NCBI RefSeq assembly: GCF_001194135.2
Contig: NC_068988.1
Coordinates: forward strand, 67,590,353-67,627,506
Direction of reading: 5' to 3'
Length of the DNA stretch: 37,154 nucleotides
Source of the DNA: Octopus bimaculoides
Taxonomy: Eukaryota
In this document: positions 23,585-34,722 of the stretch, piece by piece
Position numbering within the stretch: position 1 is the stretch's first letter
How the letters are laid out: each line of letters opens with the position of its first letter
Program-made: the position numbers and the translations under genes
Notes under the pieces: model-generated
What the model saw: the letters and a program-made list of their open reading frames with translations, nothing else
The model's database searches: none
Told to the model about the DNA's origin: nothing

Positions 23585-23679
23585 CGTCTATACTTTATTC
23601 AATATCAGAGGCCTATCAACGAGCTATCCATTTCTCAGGTTAAGATATACTATATATATAAACCTCTCCATATGCTGGT

Positions 23680-24540
23680 ATCCATTTATTATTTGGTCGT
23701 ATCTTACCATCTTTGCTTTCTTTGCAACGAGGCGCTGTTTCAGTTCCTCCATTTTCAGGTCCTTTCTTTCAATATAATACTTCCTGTTCAGTGCACTGTA
23801 TTCTTGTTCGCTCTTAAGGACCCCCTTCTCTTTTTGGTCTAGCAGAGAAATTTCCTTCGAGAGCATATCTAACCCCGCCTGTATTCTTCTTCCCCAACAT
23901 GGATCTTTTCTTTTGCCCCTCCCATTACAGTTCTTTTCTTGACATCAACACCCATATTTTCTGCTACAAAAATACTTGCTGCCTTGATCAAATTATTTGT
24001 TTCTTTAATGTTTTTTGTTCTGATGTAGTTCAGAATTTCATTCACATTTTTCGTTTAAGGTTGCAAATAATGACGCAACAGTTTTCCTGTAACCTCGCAT
24101 TTATTCTGTCATAGATTGCCTTTTACCCATCCGTCATGTCACTATTAGTTTTATTGTCTTCTTCCAGATCAACTATATGTCTCTCATCGAGCAAGTTATC
24201 ACTGTTCCCTTCCTGTGGTTTATTAGAGATCTCACCTCTGGTATGAGATTACTTTTATCAGTAAGAACTGAATTTTCATCGTTTCCTCTGCTACTATTTT
24301 CCAATACCCGTCTTTTGATAGCTTCGAGCTCTACTTCTGTGAACCAACGATTTTTTTTATTATTGCTATAGCTTGATCACATAATCTCTGTTCTATGAGT
24401 TATAACAATCCTCTTTCTTTCCATTGATTATGCACACGTCGGTGTTCCCTAATATGAGCACCATTTTCGACTACAGGGTTTCTTCAGGTAGTAACACTCC
24501 ATGACCACATTATTGACTTGTTTGTTCCATCTACGCCGTG
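23680..24540 (-). mobile_element. N-terminal (pre-RT) ORF region of an R4/Dong-clade LINE, 3'-truncated
   Basis: RRRWNKQVNNVVMECYYLKKP, QWKERGL...EQRLCDQA...WFTEVELEAIKRR and RRIQAG...MEELKQRLVAKKAKMVRY are motifs characteristic of the R4/Dong N-terminal region. Stops and frameshifts are present. Confidence 0.8.
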
Positions 24541-24546
24541 TCCTGG

Positions 24547-24899
24547 TTATTATCACCTCCTTAGTGAAGGCGGAGGTTTTGCTTTCAGTCGTGTTCATTT
24601 GTTTGCTTGCTTGTTTGTTCGCGGACAAGATATCTAAAGAACCACTGAATGGATTCGGGTGAAACGCTCAGGGATGTTTGGCCTCGTGACTGGCAGGAAC
24701 TGATTAGATTTTGGAATCGATCCGGTACCGGACAAGGATTCTAGATTATTTTTCCTGTGTCCTTAATTAATTTTTGAGAGCGGTCGGGTTCATTTTTAGT
24801 ATTCTCGTCAAACAGTCGAATTTATTTCAGATATTCTCATTTTAATAGTCGTCCCTGAGAGAACTGTTCCCTTGGCGGAGGTTTGCACTCGGTGAGTGC

Positions 24900-24903
<4 letters not shown>
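24547..24903 (+). mobile_element. Helentron-associated non-autonomous element (HINE/DINE-1-like), copy 2
   Basis: 5' palindrome ACCTCCTT-AGTG-AAGGCGGAGGT, internal (TGTT/TGCT)n, 3' subTIR CCTTGGCGGAGG (24870-24881), perfect 3' hairpin TGCACTC-GGT-GAGTGCA (24884-24900), TT at both ends. Confidence 0.8.
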
Positions 24904-24951
<48 letters not shown>

Positions 24952-24971
24952 ATCATCATCATCATCGTCAT

Positions 24972-25903
24972 CTGTTTGACTTTTGTTTTGCATTTACACA
25001 AGTTGGCTCCAAGTCTCACCCAAAGGCCTCAAGAGACAACAAGCTAGAAGTTTATATTGGTGTTATGCCTAGGGTGTCATATATTTGGTTTTTCACACAG
25101 TATTGTTCTAGTGAATGTTTAAGAAAAGAAAATTATAAGTTTGTTTTAAAATTTGTGATTACATAGACAGTATTTTACGTAGGATATGAGCAGTTCCCAT
25201 GAGCACTAGCTTTTCAATTTCTGCCATTTTGGGGTTTCCTGGTATCTGAGCTAGGTAGCAATCAGCCCAATTTGTTATCATTCCTAGGGCACCTATAACA
25301 ACAGTTATTGCTTTAGTCTTTGGGTTCCACATTTTGCCAATATCTATTTCAGGATCTTTATATTTGCTCAGTTTTTGATAGGTCTTGACAGATACTTTAT
25401 GTCGACTAGGACAGCCATATTAATGAGGAGGTATGATTTCTGTCTGTAGTCTTTCAATAAAATGTCTGGCTTATTCGCATCTATCTTTCTGTCAGTTTGA
25501 ACGGTGAAGTTCTAGAGGAGTGAGATGTGATCATTTTCAAGGACTAGAGGTGGCTTGTGTTCCCACCAGTTTTTATTATGTGGTAAGTCCAGTTTTTGAA
25601 AATTGCCCAATGAATATATTGTGCTGCTCTATCATGCTTGTTGAGATACTCTGTAGGCGCAAGAAGACTGCACATGGAGACAACATGATCAATGGTTTCA
25701 TTTTATTGTTGACATACTCAACGTGTTGGGCTACTGCCATTCTTTAATGTGTTGGCCTGGTAGTTCCTTGTAGGTAGGCATTGATCTTGGGCTGTTTCTG
25801 ATTTTAATTCAGAAGACACTAACCATTAATGGCTAAGGGCTTTGTCAACATCAGCACTATTATCTCTCTTTTGGATATTTGCCATTGAGAGATTCTTCCA
25901 GCC
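24972..25903 (-). mobile_element. 5'-truncated 3' end of a second, divergent R4/Dong-clade LINE inserted in (TAA)n
   Basis: Manual translation gives GKYPKR, AQDQCLPTRNYQ, ETIDHVVSMCSLLAPTEYLNKHDRAAQYIHW, TDRKIDANKPDILLKD, KLSKYKDPEIDIGKMW and VVIGALGMI...MGTAHILRKILSM* (stop 25159-25161). A ~190-bp 3' UTR is followed by a (GAT)n(TAA)n tail. (TTA)n lies on the 5' side at 25904-25985. Confidence 0.9.
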
Positions 25904-25988
<85 letters not shown>

Positions 25989-27058
25989 CAATCATACTTT
26001 TATTGCATAATTTTATTGCGTTTTGGAAATGCTTCTCGGTGCATTTCTTATGAGTGCAATGATTTGTATTTTCTATTATATTGACATCAAGTGATATGTG
26101 TTCTATTGTTCCCAGTTATGTTATTTCCTGTATATTGTGCATGTATAATTGTTTCGGAGGTTCTGGCTACGTATTTCTACTTTTGTTTTATAACCATATA
26201 AATGATTCCATCTCTTTCCAATGTCCACATTTTGAAAATCTTTTACTCTGATCTTTAAATGTAGGATTAAGGGCATAGTTTCATTTGTAACAAAAACAAA
26301 CAACGTGTCGGATTAATTCCTTATTTACCAATTATCATTAAAAAAAGATTATGGCGGATGGAATAACGTATTTACGTTGTAAGATCAGTTACTAAATTCA
26401 AAACATTACCTCCGTGTGTACTGTATTAACTCAGATTTCCATAAGAATAGGACTCCATTTTTATGCAAAGAGAAGAAATTTTTTACATGTAATCTAATGA
26501 GATACTGATCGGCTTTACTGAGCTCTCACTACTTCCAATCAGATATTACTTCGTGCTTGAGCAAGGTTTGTCAAAATTAAAGAGCTATAAAGTGTATCAG
26601 GTAGTTTCTGAAATGGTTACTCAGTTTTCTATCGGTATGTCAAACTGTACATCGTACATGTTTCTATGAAAACAAGTGAAAAGAGACGAGGTTCACATAT
26701 ATCAGATATATCATCTATATATATATTCAAACTGACAGATTGATCGAGGAGAAGTATATCTAAACATGAAACCACACGAAAAGAAACTCTTCCTTGATTC
26801 ATTCTAAGAAAAAGGTGTTCAAACAATACAGTCTGTGCACGCAGGCTCACACACACACATGTACACACACACACGTATACATATACACGTACACACACAC
26901 GCATGTATACACACATACGCACACACGCACACACACATACACACACAGAAACACGTGCACAGATACACACATAAGCGCACAGACACACGCGCATGCACAC
27001 ACTACACATACGCTAACATATATATATATATATATATTAATGCGTATGTGTGCATACG

Positions 27059-27235
27059 TGGAGGGCGTGGCTTAGTGATTCGAAATTTTAAATCAATATC
27101 GCAAGATTGGGGTTTCGTTTCGTAGACCGGGCAATGCATTGCGTTCTTGAGCAAAACACTTCATTTTATATAGTTCTCGTCTACTCAGCTGGCAAAAATC
27201 AATAATCCTGGGACGAACCGGGTAACTGTCCCCAT
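27059..27235 (+). mobile_element. tRNA-derived SINE, family C (CORE-like CTTGAGCAAAACACTT block)
   Basis: TGGCTTAGTG A-box, degenerate B-box, GTTCTTGAGCAAAACACTTCAT...CTCAGCTGGCAAAAAT. Related to the ~1180-1300 copy. Confidence 0.65.
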
Positions 27236-27284
27236 GAATCAACATGACTCAGGAATGCTATTTACCCTAAAACCTTATATATAT

Positions 27285-28169
27285 NNNNNNNNNNNNNNNN
27301 NNNNNNNNNNNNNNNNNNNNNNNNNNNNNNNNNNNNNNNNNNNNNNNNNNNNNNNNNNNNNNNNNNNNNNNNNNNNNNNNNNNNNNNNNNNNNNNNNNNN
27401 NNNNNNNNNNNNNNNNNNNNNNNNNNNNNNNNNNNNNNNNNNNNNNNNNNNNNNNNNNNNNNNNNNNNNNNNNNNNNNNNNNNNNNNNNNNNNNNNNNNN
27501 NNNNNNNNNNNNNNNNNNNNNNNNNNNNNNNNNNNNNNNNNNNNNNNNNNNNNNNNNNNNNNNNNNNNNNNNNNNNNNNNNNNNNNNNNNNNNNNNNNNN
27601 NNNNNNNNNNNNNNNNNNNNNNNNNNNNNNNNNNNNNNNNNNNNNNNNNNNNNNNNNNNNNNNNNNNNNNNNNNNNNNNNNNNNNNNNNNNNNNNNNNNN
27701 NNNNNNNNNNNNNNNNNNNNNNNNNNNNNNNNNNNNNNNNNNNNNNNNNNNNNNNNNNNNNNNNNNNNNNNNNNNNNNNNNNNNNNNNNNNNNNNNNNNN
27801 NNNNNNNNNNNNNNNNNNNNNNNNNNNNNNNNNNNNNNNNNNNNNNNNNNNNNNNNNNNNNNNNNNNNNNNNNNNNNNNNNNNNNNNNNNNNNNNNNNNN
27901 NNNNNNNNNNNNNNNNNNNNNNNNNNNNNNNNNNNNNNNNNNNNNNNNNNNNNNNNNNNNNNNNNNNNNNNNNNNNNNNNNNNNNNNNNNNNNNNNNNNN
28001 NNNNNNNNNNNNNNNNNNNNNNNNNNNNNNNNNNNNNNNNNNNNNNNNNNNNNNNNNNNNNNNNNNNNNNNNNNNNNNNNNNNNNNNNNNNNNNNNNNNN
28101 NNNNNNNNNNNNNNNNNNNNNNNNNNNNNNNNNNNNNNNNNNNNNNNNNNNNNNNNNNNNNNNNNNNNN
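27285..28169. other. Largest assembly gap (885 N). Other gaps: 1535-1544, 11486-11495, 12123-12303, 14356-14654, 21462-21953, 31772-32406, 34285-34297, 35826-36326
   Basis: Runs of N. Confidence 0.98.
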
Positions 28170-29019
28170 ATATATATATATATATACATACATATGCACT
28201 CACACACACTCTCACGTATGGTGCTGTGTGCGAGTGAAAGTATTAACAGTGGACCTAGCTTGTTACAGGGGAAGAGATAAATAGATTAGACGTTTAGCGT
28301 ATGTGGAATGCGAGGGTTAACAAAAAAGAGGAATGAGGGGACGTTGAGATCTTATATAAGCCTGTAGTTGTAAAAATAGAAAGGAATAAAGAAGAAAAAT
28401 AAGTTAAGCACACGCATAGACACATGCATTCGCAAACAGACATAACACATATACACACACAACAAACACGCAAAACACAACACGCACACTCAACACAAAC
28501 ACACATAAAACACACACTCGCAAAAACACGCAGGCACACAACACCCACATATATAGGGCCTACAGAGTTGGCAAACCCTAGGAGTTACAACTAATAAATA
28601 CAAACGTCTGATAGTATCAGCTATAAATGTTCTGATGTTTGTTTTTAAACATACCAAATCTCAGTATAAACCGTTTACGAGTATGAACACACACACACCC
28701 ACGTACACACACACACATACACATGCGCGCACACACAAACACGCACACACACACGTGGACACAATTATGCACACACACAGACATACACACAACCGCACAT
28801 GTACGTAGAAACTGTGTGCGTGTATGTCAACATGTGCGTGTGTGTATGCACAGAAATGTATAGTTTTTTTCTTTTTTCTTAGTGAAAAAAACTGCTTTTA
28901 TCTATCATAACCATTAAAATTTTCTTGACGTACGGTGTTACGTTATACATACGTAAAGTATGTATATTGTATGCACAAGCGCATATATATTAACAATATA
29001 CATACTTGCACATTTACAG

Positions 29020-29510
<491 letters not shown>

Positions 29511-30280
29511 ACTATGTGTGCGTGTGTGTGTGTACGCACATATAAACATATAAGTATATACAGATATAGACAAAAACACGGAATTATTTCTACAATGTTT
29601 AACATACATTCTTGCAACACTAATTCATTTCACTGAGATAACGATTCGCTTTAATAATTAAAAGTACGTGCCATTAGTGGAAATTATATACTGAGAGAAA
29701 TATTAACGTTAAATAAACTGAAAGTAAGTTGTATTGTGTTTCATTTGCTTTGATAAAATGCAACTTGAATGTATTTTAGGATTTGATGCATAAGAAATCG
29801 GGGCCTGTTTATCTCCTCAATATTATTGCTAGGATTACATTATCATATGCGTCTCTTTGCTTTCATGAAGGTTGGGTGTAATCGGAGGAAAATTTGACTG
29901 CTATTTCTAACTGATGGACCAACCATTTAAAGGTTGCATTGTATGTTTGTTGTGGACCAGTTTTTTTATGGAACGTGGAAATATTGAGAATTTGTGTGGT
30001 AGTTTCTGTGTCTAAAGTATCATCAACACATCTAAAAATTAATAGATTTAACCAGGATTCGAAACTACATCCACTCTCTCAGAACTAACATTTTAATTGC
30101 ATTGCATTTACACCAGCTTTGAAACAAAAGTATTTAATACCAATCCTAGCAACCAGCTGGATTGGTATACCTAGCAACGCTGGATCCATTAACGAGCATA
30201 ATCTATGGAAATATAAGCTAGGTTCAGAGCAAGAGGCTTCATTTCAACTCTGCATTTACCCGATTCGAGAAAGTCGTGAG

Positions 30281-30543
30281 CAGGGCCGGCGCTAGGAATG
30301 CGGGGTCTAATTAGGAAATTGACAGTGAGGGACCTCTACTCTGCAAATTCTGAAGATTGATGTTTTTTGTATACTAGTCCCAGTCAAAAGGCATTGAGGG
30401 CTTGAGGCTCCGTCCACCATTAGCCACAATAATATTCTAAAAGTTCATTATAGCCTCCTCTATTCGAGGGCGAGCGCGGAGCTCTCTCCTGGCGAGGGAC
30501 CCAATTTGAAGAAATCTGTCTAACTGGCTTAAATCCGGTCCCC
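30281..30543. mobile_element. hAT-type MITE (CAGGGCCGG termini)
   Basis: Left end CAGGGCCGGC, right end TCCGGTCCCC (degenerate inverted repeat). The 8-bp flanks GTCGTGAG and ATCGTGGG match at 6/8 positions, consistent with a decayed hAT TSD. Confidence 0.6.
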
Positions 30544-30729
30544 ATCGTGGGTAAACAGCAGAGAGGTCATCTTTCTTCTCTATCTACCCCGCCGAGTTGT
30601 ACGGTAAGAAATGTTACGCCCACCTTCCAACGGTCAACGCATTATCAGCAAATACCCTGCTTCTTAGGCATTCCAACGCTTCTTATCAAGAACTAATAGG
30701 TGTCTGTACTTTGATGCATTTATCTAGGA

Positions 30730-30982
30730 CAGTGGTTCTCAAACGGAATCCATATCGGCCTTAGGGGTCCATATAAGATTTTGTTGTTCAAATTCATGTG
30801 CATTAAATTGGTTACCCTTTTACAATACACAAAGTAGTTTAACAATTTTGTTTGTACACTTCTTAGAGATATTTGGTTATAAAATATAATGGGACGTTTT
30901 TAAATATCGAGTGTTTATCGGGGTCCAGTAGAAGAGAATAGGAATCAAAAGGTCCGTAGACAAAAATTGTTGAGAAAAACTG
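30730..30982. mobile_element. hAT-Charlie-type MITE
   Basis: TIRs CAGTGGTTCTCAA and TTGAGAAAAACTG. The left flank ATCTAGGA resembles the Charlie NTCTAGAN target. The TSD match is only 4/8. Confidence 0.65.
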
Positions 30983-31220
30983 ATATTAAACATTTGATTC
31001 TTCTCAGCTGTTCCTCGACTTGCTAGAAATAGTAGCCAAAACTTTTTCATGCACTTGATTATATGAAAAGACAGGGCAGATTGAATAGTGGGATCATGAT
31101 ACGTTATTTTGTAAGAGAGAAAAAAAAAAAAACAATACCAAAGCCAGTTACTGTTGAAACACAGTTGATTATAAATCTACATGAGAACTGAGTGTAAACA
31201 CCCACCCCCATCATCCACGA

Positions 31221-31340
31221 GAAGAAGAAGAAGAAGAAGAAGAAGAAGAAGAAGAAGAAGAAGAAGAAGAAGAAGAAGAAGAAGAAGAAGAAGAAGAAGA
31301 AGAAGAAGAAGAAGAAGAAGAAGAAGAAGAAGAAGAAGAA
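31221..31340. repeat. Pure (GAA)40 repeat followed by a (CAA)n tract
   Basis: 120 bp of uninterrupted GAA by direct count; gives the poly-R, poly-F and poly-L ORFs. Confidence 0.95.
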
Positions 31341-31713
31341 GAGCAACGACAACAACAGCAACAACAACAACAATTGCATTTGAAACAGCATTGAGAAACG
31401 TAATTAAGAACTGAAGCAATTCCTCAAACTTCCTAGCTTGGTGTTCTATCTCCAGACCAGCGTAATACTGGTGGGCGACTCCATGAGGGAGTCTTACACG
31501 TGGGTAGTCGATATGCTAAAAATAGCAGTTAAAAAAAGGTACACTCATTATGAAGATACATATACATACGTACAAGTATGCATACATAAATACATAGATA
31601 AATACATGCATACTCTCTCTCTCTCACACAGATACACAAACACACACATACATATATTGTGATACAAATAGTAAACAAAGTTCAAAACATGAATGTTTAT
31701 ATTTATGTCTGTG

Positions 31714-31771
<58 letters not shown>

Positions 31772-32624
31772 NNNNNNNNNNNNNNNNNNNNNNNNNNNNN
31801 NNNNNNNNNNNNNNNNNNNNNNNNNNNNNNNNNNNNNNNNNNNNNNNNNNNNNNNNNNNNNNNNNNNNNNNNNNNNNNNNNNNNNNNNNNNNNNNNNNNN
31901 NNNNNNNNNNNNNNNNNNNNNNNNNNNNNNNNNNNNNNNNNNNNNNNNNNNNNNNNNNNNNNNNNNNNNNNNNNNNNNNNNNNNNNNNNNNNNNNNNNNN
32001 NNNNNNNNNNNNNNNNNNNNNNNNNNNNNNNNNNNNNNNNNNNNNNNNNNNNNNNNNNNNNNNNNNNNNNNNNNNNNNNNNNNNNNNNNNNNNNNNNNNN
32101 NNNNNNNNNNNNNNNNNNNNNNNNNNNNNNNNNNNNNNNNNNNNNNNNNNNNNNNNNNNNNNNNNNNNNNNNNNNNNNNNNNNNNNNNNNNNNNNNNNNN
32201 NNNNNNNNNNNNNNNNNNNNNNNNNNNNNNNNNNNNNNNNNNNNNNNNNNNNNNNNNNNNNNNNNNNNNNNNNNNNNNNNNNNNNNNNNNNNNNNNNNNN
32301 NNNNNNNNNNNNNNNNNNNNNNNNNNNNNNNNNNNNNNNNNNNNNNNNNNNNNNNNNNNNNNNNNNNNNNNNNNNNNNNNNNNNNNNNNNNNNNNNNNNN
32401 NNNNNNAATCAAGCAAGACATGACAGCTAATTCTCAAATCCCACTTTACTTTTCTTTAGGATAAGTAAATGGGTATTTTATAATGTAGGGCAACAGACAT
32501 TATGTCATTAAGAGGAGATGGCCACGGCTAGAACGACAGTAGTCATATGTTTGATCTTTCAGGCCAAATTAATCTCACCTTAAATAGGAAACAACTTGTT
32601 GCAGATGTTCTTTGGAAACGAGTG

Positions 32625-32634
32625 AAACACACAC

Positions 32635-32676
<42 letters not shown>

Positions 32677-32877
32677 AAACACACAAACACACAAACAAAC
32701 AAACACACACACATACGCAGGTCTACATTAGATCGCACTTTCACTCAATAATACATATATTGGTGCACATAGTTATACACCCACCCACTCTCTCACACAC
32801 ACTAAAAGAAACTTATATAGAATTACACATGCTAATACCTGCGTCGATACATGCACGCTTACACACACACACACACA

Positions 32878-32915
<38 letters not shown>
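32625..32915. repeat. Two (CA)n-rich tracts just inside the first intron
   Basis: Direct reading. Confidence 0.9.
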
Positions 32916-32923
<8 letters not shown>

Positions 32924-33023
32924 GATATACACAACGTTGTAAGTTAAAAAGTTAAACGAAATCGTTGACATTAATTATAAAACATATTAATTCATTAATT
33001 AAACTGCAAACTGAAAAACAAAC

Positions 33024-33738
33024 CTGCATGGCGCAGCCCGATGCTTTCCATTAAGACAAGTTTGGCATCTTGATTATTTTCTAGCCAGATATGCTCCTCG
33101 TATCTAAATCTTTTCGCTGTCATATGTTTAGCAATTGCACTGGAAGCCAAATAACAAAAATTGGGTGAAATACTGTTATATCCTTTATGTTGGCTGATGA
33201 GTTTGGCCCGTTCCCATTTCTGGCCCTTAAGGATCTGTAAAAAGTAAAATCCCAATGTGTCAAATGTAATTCCCATCCGAGTAAGCGTTTTATATTCATC
33301 CTTTGGTTCAGTTTTTGCCGCAAAATCGTGCGCCATTGCCCCCGGGGTGACGACGGGTAGATTCCAGTACACTGCATAACGTGCCACCGGTGCAAGGCTG
33401 TAGTCGCAAACAGGGCCGAAAAATACATTCACTGTTTTGTTACTGTAGAAATCGAAAGCTCTGATGGGTCCAAGCTGGCTACTGCAACGAGAATCTGCGT
33501 ACAAAGCCACGATCTCAACATCCGATGTTAAGATGGTGCGTCTGACTTTTTCTAGTGCCACTGTTATTGCTGGCTGGGTGCGATCCAAAGAATAGAGTCT
33601 ACTATTATCACTGGGAATAATTACAGCCATATACACTGTTTGGACGGCATGATCCAATTTTGCCAAACTTAGAAGGATGCCGAAGATAGTAAGACAACTA
33701 TAGCATGTTGTTTTCGTTGACATTTTATGAACTTTCAT
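33024..33738 (-). CDS. First coding exon (238 codons + 1 nt) of a natriuretic peptide receptor / receptor guanylate cyclase-like gene: signal peptide and N-terminal ANF-receptor ligand-binding domain
   Basis: The translation has a hydrophobic leader (CLTIFGILLSLA), then VYMAVIIP, DSRCS, VFFGPVCDYSLAPVARYAVYWNLPVVTPGA and EYKTLTRMG. This matches NPR-A/B/C ectodomains (e.g. NPR-C GPVCEYAAAPVAR...W.LP...GA...EY..LTR) and includes the conserved disulfide Cys pair. An in-frame TAA sits directly before the ATG at 33738; an alternative ATG is at 33723. The candidate phase-1 donor is CAG|GTTTGT at 33024/33023. The ORF tail GLFFSLQFN* is intron read-through. NPR-C-like versus full guanylate cyclase cannot be decided from this exon. 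Confidence 0.92.
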
Positions 33739-34251
33739 TTAGTTTTAGCAAAAAAGCTAGAGATTCAATTACTAAATAGTATCAAATGATAAACGCGCTT
33801 GATTCCACGTTTTGCTGTGTTTTAAAAATTTGATTGTTATCATTAGTTATCTGTTTTTCGTTGTAGCCAGCAGAAATTAGTATAGAAACATTTTATCTCG
33901 TAGGAACGAACTATTTACCACTGAAACACGCTTAGTGTCATATTTCCACTTGCTCACGAGACATACTAAATCTCCGTGTCATAGTTTCCCTCAAAAAAAA
34001 AGAAAAAAGAAAAGGCAACCAAAAAAAGACAAAGAAAAATCAATTAATTAAATTGAAACCTGCTTTAACAGTGAAGCTAGAACCGGCATCTGTAAACGCA
34101 TGCGGCTATCTATATTTCTCTACACTAAACACTGCGGTTGCACTCACACAAATACACGGGCACACGGATACTCACAAACAAACGCGCGCATAAAAAGAGG
34201 GAACTATAGATACGCATGCATACAGACATATATATACACACATACATATAC

Positions 34252-34284
<33 letters not shown>

Positions 34285-34297
34285 NNNNNNNNNNNNN

Positions 34298-34339
<42 letters not shown>

Positions 34340-34526
34340 CACACACGCACAATCACACAGAGCTAAAGCTAGACGGAGAATAAAGTAAAACTATGTGACA
34401 TATTAAAATACAAGTAAATATTTATATATTCCTGGCGAATTTCATATTTTATATAAATATTAAACTTTCAAAATACAAATCGCCGTTTCGCACTCTCTGT
34501 CATTCTTTCTTTCTGTCTTTCTTTCT

Positions 34527-34569
<43 letters not shown>

Positions 34570-34677
34570 CACACACGCACACTATTCCTCTTACACTACG
34601 TGTATATGTGTGTGTGCGTGTGTGCGTGTATGCCTGTGTGAGCGTTTCGCGCGTATGTATGTGTATGTATGCGTGCA

Positions 34678-34722
<45 letters not shown>

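Noticed and set aside
14033-25985. CRISPR-like or prokaryotic repeat-spacer arrays
   Set aside because: All regular repeats are 2-4-nt microsatellites or transposon copies, and the context is eukaryotic.
31104-31419. Poly-Arg, poly-Phe and poly-Leu ORFs
   Set aside because: Translation of (GAA)40.
32995-33023. Read-through giving a secreted 247-aa ectodomain isoform
   Set aside because: A good GT donor explains the end of homology, and I found no nearby AATAAA on the minus strand. There is no evidence without RNA data.
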